Shown here: positions 51,111-64,000 of the stretch, one piece after another
Layout of the letters: each line of letters begins with the position of its first letter
How positions within the stretch are numbered: the first letter of the stretch is position 1
NCBI RefSeq assembly: GCF_009914755.1
Contig: NC_060939.1
From: the human T2T-CHM13v2.0 reference genome, Homo sapiens
Length of the DNA: 64,000 nt
Strand: one strand, 5' to 3'
The notes under the pieces: generated by a model
The model's database searches: none
What the model was told of the DNA's origin: nothing
Seen by the model: the letters and a program-made list of their open reading frames with translations, nothing else
Translations under genes and position numbers: made by a program

Positions 51111-51571
51111 CTAGATATAGCAAACTACTTAGAAAAAAGTAGCAGTTCACATTTAGCAGTACACATTTCTTTAACTTGTAACTGTTGCTTTTCCTTTAAC
51201 TGTCAGCTGGTGGTCCCTGTTGATTTGTAAACAGCACCCAAAAGACCTCAGGCCCATGTCTACTTCAATCCATTAATAATGCATAAAAGATTAAAATGCT
51301 CTGTGGTTTAAACTCCCATCTCCCAGTTGCTTACCCTTAGCTTCATAGTCCACTACTTTTCCTGTGAATGTGCTAACCACTTTTATTGGCATTTAAAAAT
51401 AATTTGGACTCATTTTTCCTTTGTAAGGAACTCCTCATACTTAGGAATTTTGTCCCTTTACAAGTTTATATAACTAGATGGGACAGCAAGTAATTTATGT
51501 TAACACAAGAGACTAATAAGAGCTAATGAAACAATGCCCAAATTAATAATTTCAATTTTTAAGTATTTTTT

Positions 51572-51874
<303 letters not shown>

Positions 51875-52338
51875 AGTATTTTCTATATAAAGCTTTATTT
51901 GCATATACTTAGAGTATCACAAATGAGTTTATCATAGAATTGAAACACTGACAATATTTTAATTACTGAATTCCTATGAATTAGCTGTTCTTCAGATTCA
52001 AATGCCAACACTAATTTGAACTTCTTTGGGTCTATGACAGTTTGCAAGCCATACAAACCCAAAGAGCTAATCTGTGATTTCTTAACTCGAGAAAATAATA
52101 ATAATAACCACCACTGGAACCTACATAGGTTTGTTGATTATTTAACATGACTTAACCTTTCGTTTGTATTTTTTTGAAAAAAAAAAAAAAAAAAAAAAAA
52201 AGACTTTCTCTTTCTAAACCATAATTCTTAGTCCAAGAAGATGCAAAGTTTTTAAAAAGCACTATTCATGACCAATAATTTTATTGATCTAAATTAAAAT
52301 GGAGAATGTTCACTATCCTCATGACTGGGAAATCTTAC

Positions 52339-52485
52339 CTGTTGTTAGAAAGACACTGGCCAATTTTCTCCTGATTGTTCCGGAGTAGATGATGTAAAGC
52401 GAGCACATTGCCGTCACTGCTGAAGGAAAGGCTATGATTTACTGCATCACTTGTAGGACAATCAGATGCCATATCAAGAAAAAAC
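52339..52485 (-). pseudogene. NF1P: NF1 exon 34 (26) copy
   Basis: FFLDMASDCPTSDAVNHSLSF...; 147 nt; acceptor reads AT. Confidence 0.94.
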
Positions 52486-53721
52486 ATTAGAAAATGCAAA
52501 GTCACTAGAATTTTCAACACCAGAGACACACCATACTTATGTTTGAATTAAATTTATACGAAGTAACTTTGTGAAGCAACTGAGATGACAATTACAAATA
52601 TGGAGGGCTTGTTCCCACAACGTGATTTGTCATTAGACAAAGTAAAAAGGACAAGGAGAAAGTTGGCTTTCCATTTCTGATACCTGGCTTCAGCTTCTGT
52701 AGTTAAAGAACAGCAAAATTGAGATGGATGAAACTTTGGAAAGAGGCTGGTATTTTACAGATAAGGAAATGAAGGTCCAGACAAAAGACCTCCCCAAAGA
52801 TATATAGCCTGTTAGGTCAAAGCCAGTATTAAAACTTTGTTCCTTTTAACTTTCTTTGGGCCCTCAGTCTGCCAGAATATGAATCCTGTGCTGACATTCA
52901 CTCTCTTTCCAACATGGCTTGTCATTCAGCAATATACCTTTTAAACTCCAATTTTCCTAAAAGAATAAAAGTCAGTAACAATTACAATGATGATAAACTG
53001 GAAGAGAGAGTTGTACAAGGCTAGCTTAGATGATAAGGATCAATTAGATTCACACTGCATGAAAAGCAGAATTCCAGACATAAATTTACAAAGCACTTTC
53101 TTATGAATTATCTCATTTTTTCTCTCTAAAAACAACTCAGGCAAAGAGTTTATCCCCACTTTACAGATAAACCAATAACTCAGAGAAATAAAGTGAAATA
53201 ACTGGTTATGGAAATCCAGCAGAAAAGTTTTCTAAAATCATAAAGTTCAGTTACTCATGAACAAAATCTTACGTGTTTGCATTACTTGGTTTAAAGAATA
53301 ACATTTTAGTTTAGATACACTTCCAAATTTAAGTATCACAAATATTCTGATACTAATAAAAACCTTATTAAACATTCTTATGCATTATCAATACCAATTT
53401 GGTTTTAGTTTTAAATAAAAGGAATCCTATTTCTTCCTTATCCCCATATTGTACCATCCTCAAATCCTTTATTTAACTAGACATGTCCAAAATGCCTCTT
53501 GGTTTTCAAATATGAAAATCACTACCAAATTATAAAAAATATTAATTTATTTCAAGGCTGTCTTTTATAGTAAAATAAAATAAGGCAAGCTATGTCTTGA
53601 CCTAGAGCAGGAAGAGAAAAAAACCTACACGGAACTTCATGTAAAACAGGTACATGGATTTATGTGAAACTGAAAATATTTGATTCAAACAGAGCAAGTG
53701 AATAAGTGGCAAGTAGCTTAC

Positions 53722-53819
53722 CTTCAAGCTGCATCAAAGCTGCTTTTCACAAAATCATTGAAAGGCCGCATATGCTCTTCTTTTGTGAAGAGAACATGAT
53801 TGGCAATACTCTGAAGTAT
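53722..53819 (-). pseudogene. NF1P: NF1 exon 33 (25) copy
   Basis: ILQSIANHVLFTKEEHMRPFNDFVKSSFDAA*; 98 nt; acceptor reads AA. Confidence 0.94.
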
Positions 53820-54324
53820 TTACACAATAAAACAGGGTTATAAATAATCAGATTATTTATTGTATGAAGTTTATACATTAATATATTCTTTAAAAATATG
53901 AATTTTCTTGATATAATTTCTGCTAGTAGTTAAAATCAATCATTTCTCATTCTATATTTTAGGTAGTGTTTCTATTCTTCCTAATTATATTTACATGTAC
54001 AAATACATATTAAAAATGTTTAATGTCTTAAAATAAAAAATCCTACAGCCTTCACTGTAGTCTGTTTCAGAATGTCTAGAATGATTACGCAAAAAATGAT
54101 CCTCATGACACAAGACATCTGCTATAATAAAACGTATTCTCATGAAAATAAGGTCCATCAGGTACCTAACTAATGAATTCCTTTGTAATATAAACAAAAT
54201 AAAAACACATAACTGAAAACCGTAGGGTATTTCCAATATAAATGTAAGAGGAAGTACTGTAAGAAAAGCTGAAAATTTAGTTGGAAGGGGAATTTAAGAT
54301 AGCTAGATTATCAAAATAATTCAC

Positions 54325-54483
54325 CTTTGACATTAACTTCAAGCCCCTTCCGATTCTAGGTGGTGGCTTTTTATCTAAAATCCCTGCTTCATACAGTGAG
54401 ACAATGTCAGGATTCATAAATCTGAGGAACATGGCACTTCCTGCTGCACTGATACTGTTCTGAGGGAAACGTTGGCTAACCCC
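54325..54483 (-). pseudogene. NF1P: NF1 exon 32 (24) copy
   Basis: Contains the RasGAP FLR motif (AMFLRF); 159 nt; AG/GT intact. Confidence 0.95.
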
Positions 54484-56340
54484 CTAAAAACAAGTTGAGA
54501 CTTGAGTATAAGGTTTGAATTAAAATAGGGGCATGGGAACAAAGAGTTCAAAGGTCAACATTTGCACAACAACTCTGAGTCAATCAGTCCTCATGAATGA
54601 CACATTTCTATTTTTTCTTCTCCCAAAACATGAGAAAATAAAGTTTCCTCTCAATTCTAGTCTTGTATCATATTAAAGTACAATTTAGGTATCTCAGAGG
54701 AAAGAAAAACCTCATGGATGAGATGGGTAGAAGAAACCTGAAAACAGATCTTCACTGTATCATCACCTATACTGCAAGTTTGAAGAGTCATGAAAACAGA
54801 CCAAATTTTCACACAAAGATGATCATAATTTATTAAGATTAACAGACATGAAAGTGTGGTCAACATTATAAGGTGAAACTAAATTTTCAACAACACACCC
54901 CCAAAACATCCTATACCTGATAGTACATATTTATGTTTTGTTGTGTACCAGTTACAACTGAATTGAAGAAAAAAATGCTTGCTATAAAAAAACAAAATCT
55001 TAGATTCCTATTGAGGAAAAAAAACTTACTTACAAGTAATGTTATTGCCTGTTGCCAGCTTCCTTTATAACAACCTACCTATTATTTGAACCATGGAGGG
55101 ATGGGAATTCTTGGGCACCTAAAAGAAAAAAGGATCTCAGCAGAACAGCGAACCCCTATGTCTACCTCAATGTATAATTCTGTCAAATAAAAATAATTTA
55201 AGAATTCAAGAAATGGTTGTCCAGCCTGAAAAGTAATGTGAACCCAATATTTAAAGTGGATTGATTTTCTCTTTATAAAACATTCTACATTAAGATAAAG
55301 TAAAAGGTACCTTAGACTGGGAAGAGTGCCATAAAATGGGTTCAGCCCCCATCCCTTCCCAGTGTCCCCTGCTTTAAATCATGTTATAGATGAAAATTAT
55401 ATTATTTTGGAATTTACATTTTTATATATACCATATATATTCATTTTTAAAGAACACTTAATGTAACATTTTAATCTCTACAGCTATTCTTGCTTAGTGT
55501 GGCTAACTGCTGTTTAAAGTAGCAGTGATTACAAAACTGTAGCATTCCACTCAATGTTTTGTGATTCCGAGGATAAACCTTCCTTTCAAAGGATATTGGT
55601 GTGGGGGACCCAGATTTACATGCAGAATATCACGTAACTATTTTTTGCACAATGCCTCAATAAATTAATATTTCCTGTCCTAAATTCACATGGCTGACTC
55701 CAGATTAACTCTGGAATCGGGATTATTTCACTTCATCCTGTTCAACGCAGTGCTTCATGAAGTCCACATTTTAAATGCATTCTTATCACTGCTTATAATC
55801 TCAAAATAGCTTTCTGTAATCTCTAATAGGAAGTTAGTAAAAATTAGATCTTAGAGAATAAAGTATTTGTAAGCGGTGAGGTGTAACAATATAGTCCCAC
55901 CTTCAGTTACACTACACACAGTTCAGGAAGCTTTCTTTATGTTACAGTGTTTATTGCATGAAGAACAACCTTAACCCTTCAATAAGGGGAAACTGGTGAA
56001 GGTGGCTAAATATAGCTGCTTTATTAGAATGGCTTTAAAACCTAAATACCATTTATTTTTAGCTGAAATATATAAATTTAGAATTAGATATAGAAGTTTT
56101 AGCTAAAACTATAAAAAGATAAAGAATTAAGAAAAAATTTGAGTGCTTTGACTATTCCAGTATAGTGTTCAACCTTCTGGGGATGAGGAACCTCTTTGAA
56201 ATCTGATAAAGGTTAGAAAAATGGATGTATGCTTTCACACAAATTTCTTCACATAATTTTAGAATATTCATAGACCATCACTGCTACTGAGTGGTTCTCT
56301 TAAAACTCCCAAATTTTAATCTCAAAACAGACAATTCTCT

Positions 56341-56607
56341 GGTTGGGCATGGTGGCTCACGCCTGTAATCCCAGCATTCTGGGAGACTGAGGCTGGTGGA
56401 TCAATTGAGGTTAGGAGTTCCAGACCAGCCTGGCAAACATGGTGAAACTCCATCTCTACTAAAAATAGAAAAATTAGCTGGACGTGGTGGTGCACGCCTG
56501 TAATCTCAGCTACTTGGGAGGCTGAGGCACGAGAATCGCTTGAACCCAGGAGGTGGAGGTTGCGGTGAGCCATCGTGCCACTGCACTCCAGTCTGGGTGA
56601 CAGAGCA
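56341..56607 (+). mobile_element. AluS element lacking its 3' tail
   Basis: Dimer ends at GGTGACAGAGCA with no poly-A. Confidence 0.93.
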
Positions 56608-56913
56608 TGCAACTGACTGTGTAAAGTGATATGTAAAGTCATGGAAAAAGGAAAGAGCCTTAACTAGTAACGGTCTGTGGAGGTAGAAGTCAAAGACATC
56701 CTTCTCCTGTCTGTCCCTGGATCTAAGGCAGATAAAAAGAAGGATAACTTAAAAAAAATTACAGATATCATTAAAGAAAAGCATATTTGTATATAACTTT
56801 TATAATTAAAAACAAATTTTAATGATCAAGAGGAGAAGTTATGAGGGCCTTGCTTCATGCAGTGTTAGCAAAAAAAAAAAAAAAGAGCACTTTTATGTGA
56901 AAAGATGATAAAA

Positions 56914-57017
56914 CTGGTAGGATCCACTTCAAAGCTAACATGTTGCCCATCAGAGGATGTGATCTCAATTCGTAATAAAGCATCCAGGAGTTTTTATAGA
57001 TAGGTAGCACCATATAC
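56914..57017 (-). pseudogene. NF1P: NF1 exon 29 (23.1) copy
   Basis: VYGATYL*KLL...SFEVDPT; 104 nt; donor reads TT. Confidence 0.94.
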
Positions 57018-57160
57018 CTATAGAAATGCATGAGTAGGACTTCATTATGCCTGCTCCATACATTTTACCTTAAAAGAAGACAATCAGCTCTGCACATTCT
57101 GTACATAATCATTACTTGACATACCTCAGCACACACACACACAAAATGAATGATACAAAC

Positions 57161-57326
57161 CTTGAAACAGAGTGTCATTATTTTACTGGCCAAACTGTTG
57201 CCTCAGAGGAGAGTCTGAATGGAGTCAGTCTGCCAATTCTACTTCTTTACAAAACATGTTCCAGAGCAGTTGGTAGAGTAAATGCCAAGAACCAAATAGA
57301 GTAACCAGAACTCAAGCCAGTTCATC
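57161..57326 (-). pseudogene. NF1P: NF1 exon 28 (22) copy
   Basis: 166 nt vs 162 (GACT duplication); TGA at 57312-57314 and 57203-57205. Confidence 0.94.
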
Positions 57327-58379
57327 CTGAGAACAAAACAAAATCAGGTTAGTGCATTTTTGTTCTCAGGTAGATAGCTGAAGAGTGGCAAAAACATAAA
57401 CCCAAAGTTGACAACTACTTGCTAAATTAAGGCAAAGGTGACTGATTAATATTTCTCCTGAGATTTATCTGCGTATATTGTTTATGATAGATGACTATAT
57501 ACGATGTCTACGATAGCTGTTAATTCCAAGGATTAACCGGTGAAAGCTATTAAGAGAGGCCTAGGCTTTACCAGGAGACAAAATCTCCAAGATTCAGTTC
57601 AAATTACATCACAAAATGAAAGAGAACAGAAACAGAAGATGACAGCAAATACTTTAGTTTGATTTGTACAAGCATTTGCACAGAGCAGAAATAAGACTGA
57701 TGATCAGAAGAGTTCTACTCTCTTCTCATACAGTCAGGGGAACTCAGTGAATGCTGAACATAGACTAGGTAGAGACATGACAAAAACAGAAAGACTATAG
57801 GATTTTTGAGAAATCAGGAAGAAAAGGAACTGGGCGTTCAGAACCCAGAGATCAGCCAGATTTACATACAAAGCAAGGGGGACAGGGATGAGGGCTGAAA
57901 TTCCAATTACCTAAATGACATCCTTGTAACTCCCTGTAGTAAAGCAGTTTGGGGTACACTCAAGAAAAATGATCTACTGGTAAATCACTGTTTAATCACA
58001 AGAAGAAATTTATAGAGAATAGGGGTAGCCATAAAAAGATGCCTCAATCCTCAAGCAGTAACAACAACGGCCAGGATCATGGCCCATAGCTCTCTAATTC
58101 TTGCCTGGTCCCAGGATTACAATAATGTGATAGGTGAGATCTGGCCTAATAGAAAATTCCTTCTCAAAGTCATTTAATATAAAACTCAACAACAAATTAA
58201 AGCTACTTGAATTTAACTGATTCTTTATTTAAAAAATTACTGAGTATTTTCAGTGCTAATCATAGGTAGATCCTAATAAGATAATTCACAATAGTCATTT
58301 TCAAAACATTTGAACGTTTGTGAAGTAATTTTAGGCTTTAGGAAGATTTCAATGATTTGGCGCTGTTGCTAATCAATCA

Positions 58380-58515
58380 GTATAAAATTTCAGTTATACA
58401 AGGTAAGTTCTAGAGATCTGTGGTGCAGCATTCTGCCTACAGATAGCAATACTGTATTCTACACTTAAAAATATGTTAGAGGGTAGATCTCATGCTAGGC
58501 GTTCTCACCAAAATA
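58380..58515 (+). mobile_element. L1MA 3'UTR fragment
   Basis: AAGTTCTAGAGATCTG...GAGGGTAGATCTCATG...GTTCTCACCA. Confidence 0.7.
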
Positions 58516-59422
58516 AAATACCAGAGGAGAAGCATTTCAGGTGGTAGCAGCAGCAAGGGTGCTTAAGGCAGAAACAAGTCTAACAAGGAGGGACAGAAAG
58601 GTAGCTGGTGTGGCTTTGGTGAACAAGAAGGAAAATGGCATAAGATGATGTTAGAGATGAGGCAGGGCCCAAATCAGGTGGAGCCTTGTAGGACAGGATA
58701 AGGAGTTTGAATTTTACTTTAAGTACAGGTGTAACAAATATCCTACAGCTTTAAGCAGAAACAAATCTACAATGACAGATTACCTTATTAGTTATACTTT
58801 ACTATAAGTGAAACCATTTTTGGTACACTAAAAAGGAAATAGCCTTTTAACACTGGAAAGGAACCACCACCCTTCTCAACGTTTTCACATGTATTAGGAA
58901 TGATGTGATTTGAGGAAAATTTTTCATTAAATTAAGAGAGAGACCTAATAGCCATATGATGTTTTCAGTGTTTAAAACAAACAATATCATAATATCAAAT
59001 GCAAATACAGTGCTTACATTTTTAAAAATTGTGTAAGATATTATGGGGAAAAGAACAGCAAACTGGAGGTAGTAAACAGGCACAAATCGTGGATTCCAAT
59101 TCCAGCGTTGCGACAACTGACTGAAATTAGGTTTAACTTAATTACCTTCTCAAATATATGAAGACAGCGGAGTAGATCAGTGATTTTTAATCAGTGTTTA
59201 AATGGAATTTTTCAGTGGGATGAAATGATATAGGACACTATTCAGGTCTAGCAGTGCCAACCACTTCCCTACAGCTGAAAAGTCACCTAACTAAACATCT
59301 AAGATTTCTTCTGGCTCTAAAATTTTATCAATTCATTCAACAAACATTTATTGAACAAATATGTTCTGAAGGATTTGCTATGTGCCAGGCACTTTTCTTC
59401 CCCACTTACTCTATGCACTTAC

Positions 59423-59630
59423 CCACTGAGAACAAGGAACCACACTGGCCAGAGCCATCACTATAGGGAGCTCTCCTTGATCACCCATCACTGTGACCAG
59501 TTCCACCAATTGCTCAAACCCATCAGCCAATACCGTTTCTGAAGTGTGTCAAATTCTGTGCCTTGTTGAGGGATTTTCATCAGAACTTCCATAAATGTAG
59601 CTGTCTGGAGATCCTTGTAGTACCCTAAAC
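59423..59630 (-). pseudogene. NF1P: NF1 exon 27 (21) copy
   Basis: 208 nt vs 212 (3-nt and 1-nt deletions); ends GTTCCTTGTTCTCAGTGG|GT. Confidence 0.94.
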
Positions 59631-59750
59631 CTGATGTGGACAAATGGATGCAAATTTACTAACATGGCCTTACTGAAGTAATTTTTGCTTATCTTACAAG
59701 CCAGTTCTCTAGGCTGTGTATTTCTATATGAAACTTTCATTTGATCTCAC

Positions 59751-59932
59751 CTATGGAGTGCATGAGACCACCGTCTATGCTGGCACTGAGTAAGTTTGAC
59801 ATTGCAAGGACTGCACAGTGCCTCCGTGATGCCAACCTCCGAGACATGCCACGTTTCCTGCCACCTGTTTGTGCACTTTCATCTTCAGCTTCACTGCAGT
59901 CACTCAAAAGGTTCATAAATAGTGTGAAGTAT
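59751..59932 (-). pseudogene. NF1P: NF1 exon 26 (20) copy
   Basis: YFTLFMNLL.DCSE.EDESAQTGGRKRGMSRRLAS; 182 nt; AG/GT intact. Confidence 0.95.
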
Positions 59933-60422
59933 CTGAGAAATAAAAAGACTGACCTTTACATAGCAAAGGCCGTATCAACTAGAAAGCTAACCAGACATTC
60001 CAAAACTATCACATGTGCACGGTGTGACTGGCCCTGGATTAACTGCTTCTCTCCTCTCTCAGGATAATCAGCCAGGGTGACTCATTATGAAGCATGCTGT
60101 GTTGGGCATGATTATACCTGATATAGCCTAGCATACCTTTCATAACATAAGCATCAAATAGATGCAATGTTTCCTGGTAAATGTGTCATTTTTAATGTTT
60201 AGTATATAAAATTAGTGGTCCAAACAGCTTACACAATGTCACTTTTGTAAATGACTTAGTGAAGCAATCTGGGTTTTATTACAAGCAAAATTTCAGGGAT
60301 CATATTATTTTCTTTAAAAATCATAAAACACAGTTATTTTCCTAATCCTAGTCCTGCATGGGGAACATTTCTTTGTTTTCTTTTTTGTTTTTTTGTTTTT
60401 GTTTTGTTTTGTCTTTGAGTGT

Positions 60423-60424
<2 letters not shown>

Positions 60425-60454
<30 letters not shown>
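60425..60454. repeat. (GT)n microsatellite
   Basis: About 15 GT units. Confidence 0.95.
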
Positions 60455-60456
<2 letters not shown>

Positions 60457-60510
60457 CGGCGGGGGGCTTTATTTGCTTTTGCTTTGTGTTTTTTGGTGAC
60501 TGAAATTTAC

Positions 60511-60631
60511 TTAAGAAATAACTGTGTCCCCTTTGGCTTCCATCAATTCCACACCATCTCCTTCCTCAGGCTGCACAGGGAGACCAGCTAGAAGTGAAAC
60601 TACTGCTTCCATGCTTGCCTGGTCCAAATCT
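60511..60631 (-). pseudogene. NF1P: NF1 exon 25 (19b) copy
   Basis: DLDQASMEAVVSLLAGLP...; 121 nt vs 117 (net 4-nt G-rich insertion). Confidence 0.94.
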
Positions 60632-60878
60632 CTGAAAAAAAAAAATTAGAGACCATAAATCTTTCAGGTTATTTCACTTCCTCTCAAATAAACCTCTTAT
60701 TAACAGATATAAACTTTAGGAACTACCTGTTTCATTAAACAAATTATTAGCACAACCCAAATAATTTGAATTAATATGCAGATCCTAGAATACAAAATCA
60801 TCTCAAATGAGGAGAAGACAATAGTAACTTTCTACAAAGTAATCTTGGCAAAATGACTATCTTCAATCAGAAGCATGT

Positions 60879-61253
60879 ATAATTGGCCCTCTGTCTCAGC
60901 GAGTTCTGTATCCACAGATTCAACCAACCATGGATTGAAACTATTTGGGGGAAAAAAAAGTAGGGTTTCATCTGTACTCAACATGTAAAGATTTTTCTTT
61001 GTCGTTATTCCCTAAACAATATGGTATAACAACTTGTGTTTATATAAGATTTATATTTATTAGATATTATAAGTAATCTAATGATAATTTAAAATATATG
61101 GGAGGATGTGCATAGTTTATATGCAAATACTATGACATTTTGTATCAGGGACTTCAGTCTGTGGATTTTAGTGTTCATGGAAGTGAGATGTGGGCAGGAG
61201 TTTGGGGGGTGGTTCCTGGAACCAATTCCTGACAGATACTGAGAGATGACCAT
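60879..61253. mobile_element. MER2 (Tigger-family) DNA transposon fossil
   Basis: GATTCAACCAACCATGGATTGAAA...GGAGGATGTGCATAG.TTATATGCAAATACTATG...GATACTGAGAGATGAC. Confidence 0.8.
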
Positions 61254-61784
61254 ATTATAAAGCTAGGTTTGGTCAAAGAAACATATGTAAAGGCTTATTA
61301 TACAGTCCATAGTGTTTAATCACTTTCTGATATGTGTCAATAAGCATTTATCATTAAAGCAGACTTAATTACACTTAATTACTTCCTTTTTTTTCTGTCT
61401 CTGGTGCCTGAATCAGGAAATCAATTATTTTTTAGAAAGACCAACACAATGAGTTCCTCAAATAATACCTTTTTCTATCTAATCATAACATAAATGCAAT
61501 CTGAGGCTTTATGTACCTTATTTCCCAATAACGGTAGACTATTCTTCATAAACTGACAACACTAACTTCCCAAACATACCGCTCTCGCACATTTATTTTT
61601 ACAGAAAGTCTATCAGTCAAAAAAAAGTAGTAATAAAGATTAGTATCTTTACATATTTCAACCACAAAAGTTTGACATCTAAAAAATTTAAATACACATA
61701 AAATACAAGTATAAAGCTGTAAGGAAGTAATTATAATTCTTACAGGAAAACCCACTAATACTTGAAGGTCATTCTCTTTTTTAC

Positions 61785-61868
61785 CTTGTAATACATTTTA
61801 CATCATCATCTGCTGCTTGGTTTGATGTTCCCATAACCCAGACTGTCAGGTATTCTACAATCTTATTC
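61785..61868 (-). pseudogene. NF1P: NF1 exon 24 (19a) copy
   Basis: NKIVEYLT.WVMGTSNQAADDDVKC; 84 nt. Confidence 0.94.
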
Positions 61869-62331
61869 CTAAAGAATGGCGGAGAAAAGAGAAACAGCAA
61901 ACAATTTTTTTGAAGCCACACACACACACACCTTTAATTGTGTAAGATTTCTTACAGTGCAAATAATTTGGCAGATAACTCAGGTGACATGACGATTTTA
62001 TAAAAGAGATACTGATGTCACAGATGTAAAAGCCAGAAGGGAACAAGCAACGTGGATATTTAACCTCCAACATGGCCCTTATTTATGGTATCAAATTGGA
62101 AACAGAATCAAATTCTTAGCTCAAGTACAGCACAGTTTTAGAAAAAGGGAGGCTTGCCACAGGCACAAAGCTTACGGAAATTTGAGGAGAGACGTAGAGA
62201 AACACAAACATGTAAATTGCTCTCTTTTTATGTCTTCCTTCCTACCAATAACCAGATTTCTACTCTATTTCTGTACTTCATTCAACAAATTAAGATTTAC
62301 AAGACCCTACATTGCTCTTTTGAGAACTCAC

Positions 62332-62453
62332 CTAAATTTCATCTCTTGGCAAAATAAGAGGTCATCTCTCCTTGCCATCGTTACTTCAACCAACTGACAC
62401 AGTTTCGTTTTATTTGAATTGCATGGACCATATTCCCAAGCATACGAACATAC
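62332..62453 (-). pseudogene. NF1P: NF1 exon 23 (18) copy
   Basis: YVR.LGNMVHAIQIK...; 122 nt vs 123 (one A lost). Confidence 0.94.
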
Positions 62454-62735
62454 CTATACAGACACAGAGACAATAAAAAAATTATCAGATATAGACAAAA
62501 GAGAAAGCATTCAAAGTACTTTAGTCATCAAATAAAATGAACTAAATGTAAGTCTGAAAACAATATTTATTTTTATGAGAACATACACACCTTCTGGTTA
62601 CCTGACTGTCACACCCTAGTTTGTGTGCAGTAAAGAATGGCAAATTATTTTATCAATTACTACCAATATCAATGTGTAAGAGGTTTTTCTGATCTCTTAA
62701 AGTATGTTTCTGCTACATTTCAGTAGAACGCTTAC

Positions 62736-62875
62736 CTGACCAGATATAACATCATTGGTTCAATGCTAGCTTGCCCTAGATGTTCAGAGCTGCCTTCAGT
62801 ATGATTATCTAGCAAGTTCTTCATTATAGCTATGGTTTGCTCTACAAATTGAGTGTTGGTATCCATCAATAAAAA
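62736..62875 (-). pseudogene. NF1P: NF1 exon 22 (17) copy
   Basis: DTNTQFVEQTIAIMKNLLDNHTEGSSEHLGQASIE; 140 nt. Confidence 0.95.
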
Positions 62876-63233
62876 CTATAGAAAGAACAAATGTATTAAT
62901 CATTTGCCATCAATGCCCAGAAGACAGACCTCTAGAGAGATGCAACCGACTGATCTAAACACACAAACACAGAAGTGCACCCACAGGCACACAGCCAAAC
63001 AAGCATACAGATACATGCAGACACTCATACCCATACACAAGGCAGGTATACCCTCAGGCACACATACACACCAGAGTTCCTAAGAAGCAAGCTGACCCCT
63101 ACATTGAGATGACTCTTCTTTCTGCAATTTTTTGGCAATTTTTAAAAACTGTGAGCACCTAATTTAAATAATTGGAAAGAAAAAGCCTTCCTTATTTCAA
63201 ACAAGGTGAAAAATAAAAAAGAGCACACTTTAC

Positions 63234-63673
63234 CTGTCCTTGGGAGTCAAAAAACTTGCTGATGGCATTCTTCAGTTTGTTAAATAGCATCAGATAAAGA
63301 GCAGGACTCAATTCTAGACCCACCAGGTCCTTAACATTGGCCCGTATTTGAAGTCCCACTTTCTCATGGTTACACACCATTAAGGACAACAGCTGATCCA
63401 TACATTTGCTGACAGGTGTACCTGCGTTTCCCTCTGAGGACATCACTGAAATCATGGAACCCTGACATTCACTGACTGGACCCATGGGTGGGCTATAGGT
63501 TGCCAGGCCAGAATTACTTCTCTGCTGGAGGCACACTCCCCCAAGGGCACAAAGGAAGCCAGTCATGTTGATCCATTCCTGTAGGGAGTCTGTGTCAGAC
63601 AAATCTGCGCGTCCTCCTCCACTCAGATGGGATATTCGACTCCTAACAATGGTCATGTGAAACTTTCAGCAGC
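63234..63673 (-). pseudogene. NF1P: NF1 exon 21 (16) copy
   Basis: 440 nt vs 441; early 1-nt deletion gives GCT GCT GAA AGT TTC ACA TGA. Confidence 0.96.
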
Positions 63674-63899
63674 CTAAACACAAAATTTTTGGGCAAAGCA
63701 TGAATTAAACCTAAATTAGTTGAGACTTGACAAATTACTCTTTATCCAACATTTCTTCCATGACAAAAGTACAAAAAATGTAAAAAACACATTAAAATCA
63801 ACCCCAAAAATTACCATATACATTTTTAAAGAGCCACTGATTTATTTTTGTCATACACTAATATAATCGCCCAAGTATCAAATTTCTTTTAAAAAGCTT

Positions 63900-64000
63900 T
63901 GATTTCACATGGATGAACCTTGGAAACGTTATGCTAAGTGAAAGAAGCTAATCACAAAAGCCCACATATTCTAAAATTCCATTTACAGAAAAGATCCAGC
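63900..64000 (+). mobile_element. L1MB/MC-type ORF2-end fragment
   Basis: CATGGATGAACCTTGGAAACGTTATGCTAAGTGAAAGAAGC. Confidence 0.75.

Noticed and set aside
63192-63656. 154-aa NF1 ORF as the real NF1 gene
   Set aside because: Frameshift at the exon start, many downstream lesions, missing exons and no OMG/EVI2 intron

Overview
Human (or great-ape) repeat-rich genomic DNA with no intact protein-coding gene. It reads as a mosaic segmental duplication of four modules. (1) 1-11.1 kb: AT-rich DNA, a CpG island (~8.1-9.7 kb) and a cluster of exon-like segments on the minus strand. (2) ~11.1-39.9 kb: an L1-dense KRAB-zinc-finger/vomeronasal module with a KZNF last-exon fragment (+, 17.6 kb), a V1R pseudogene (-, 23.7-24.5 kb), a ZNF519-like last exon with ~10 degenerate C2H2 fingers (-, 31.2-32.6 kb) and a nested L1/LTR/Alu stack. 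(3) ~39.9-46.7 kb: an Alu-rich block with an unidentified exon-like segment. (4) ~46.9-64 kb: an unprocessed NF1 pseudogene (-) holding exons 21-29 and 32-36 (legacy 16-23.1, 24-27b), with frameshifts, stops, three dead splice sites and loss of exons 30-31. From memory this fits the pericentromeric NF1P/POTE duplicons, most likely 15q11.2; that placement is an inference needing BLAT. NF1, ZNF519 and repeat comparisons are against remembered sequences, so subfamily calls and repeat edges are approximate. I found no convincing new biological system. The best leads are a 255-aa V1R-derived ORF kept open by compensating frameshifts, NF1 pseudogene alleles equal to recurrent NF1 disease mutations, and co-oriented splice-competent gene remnants that could yield chimeric transcripts.
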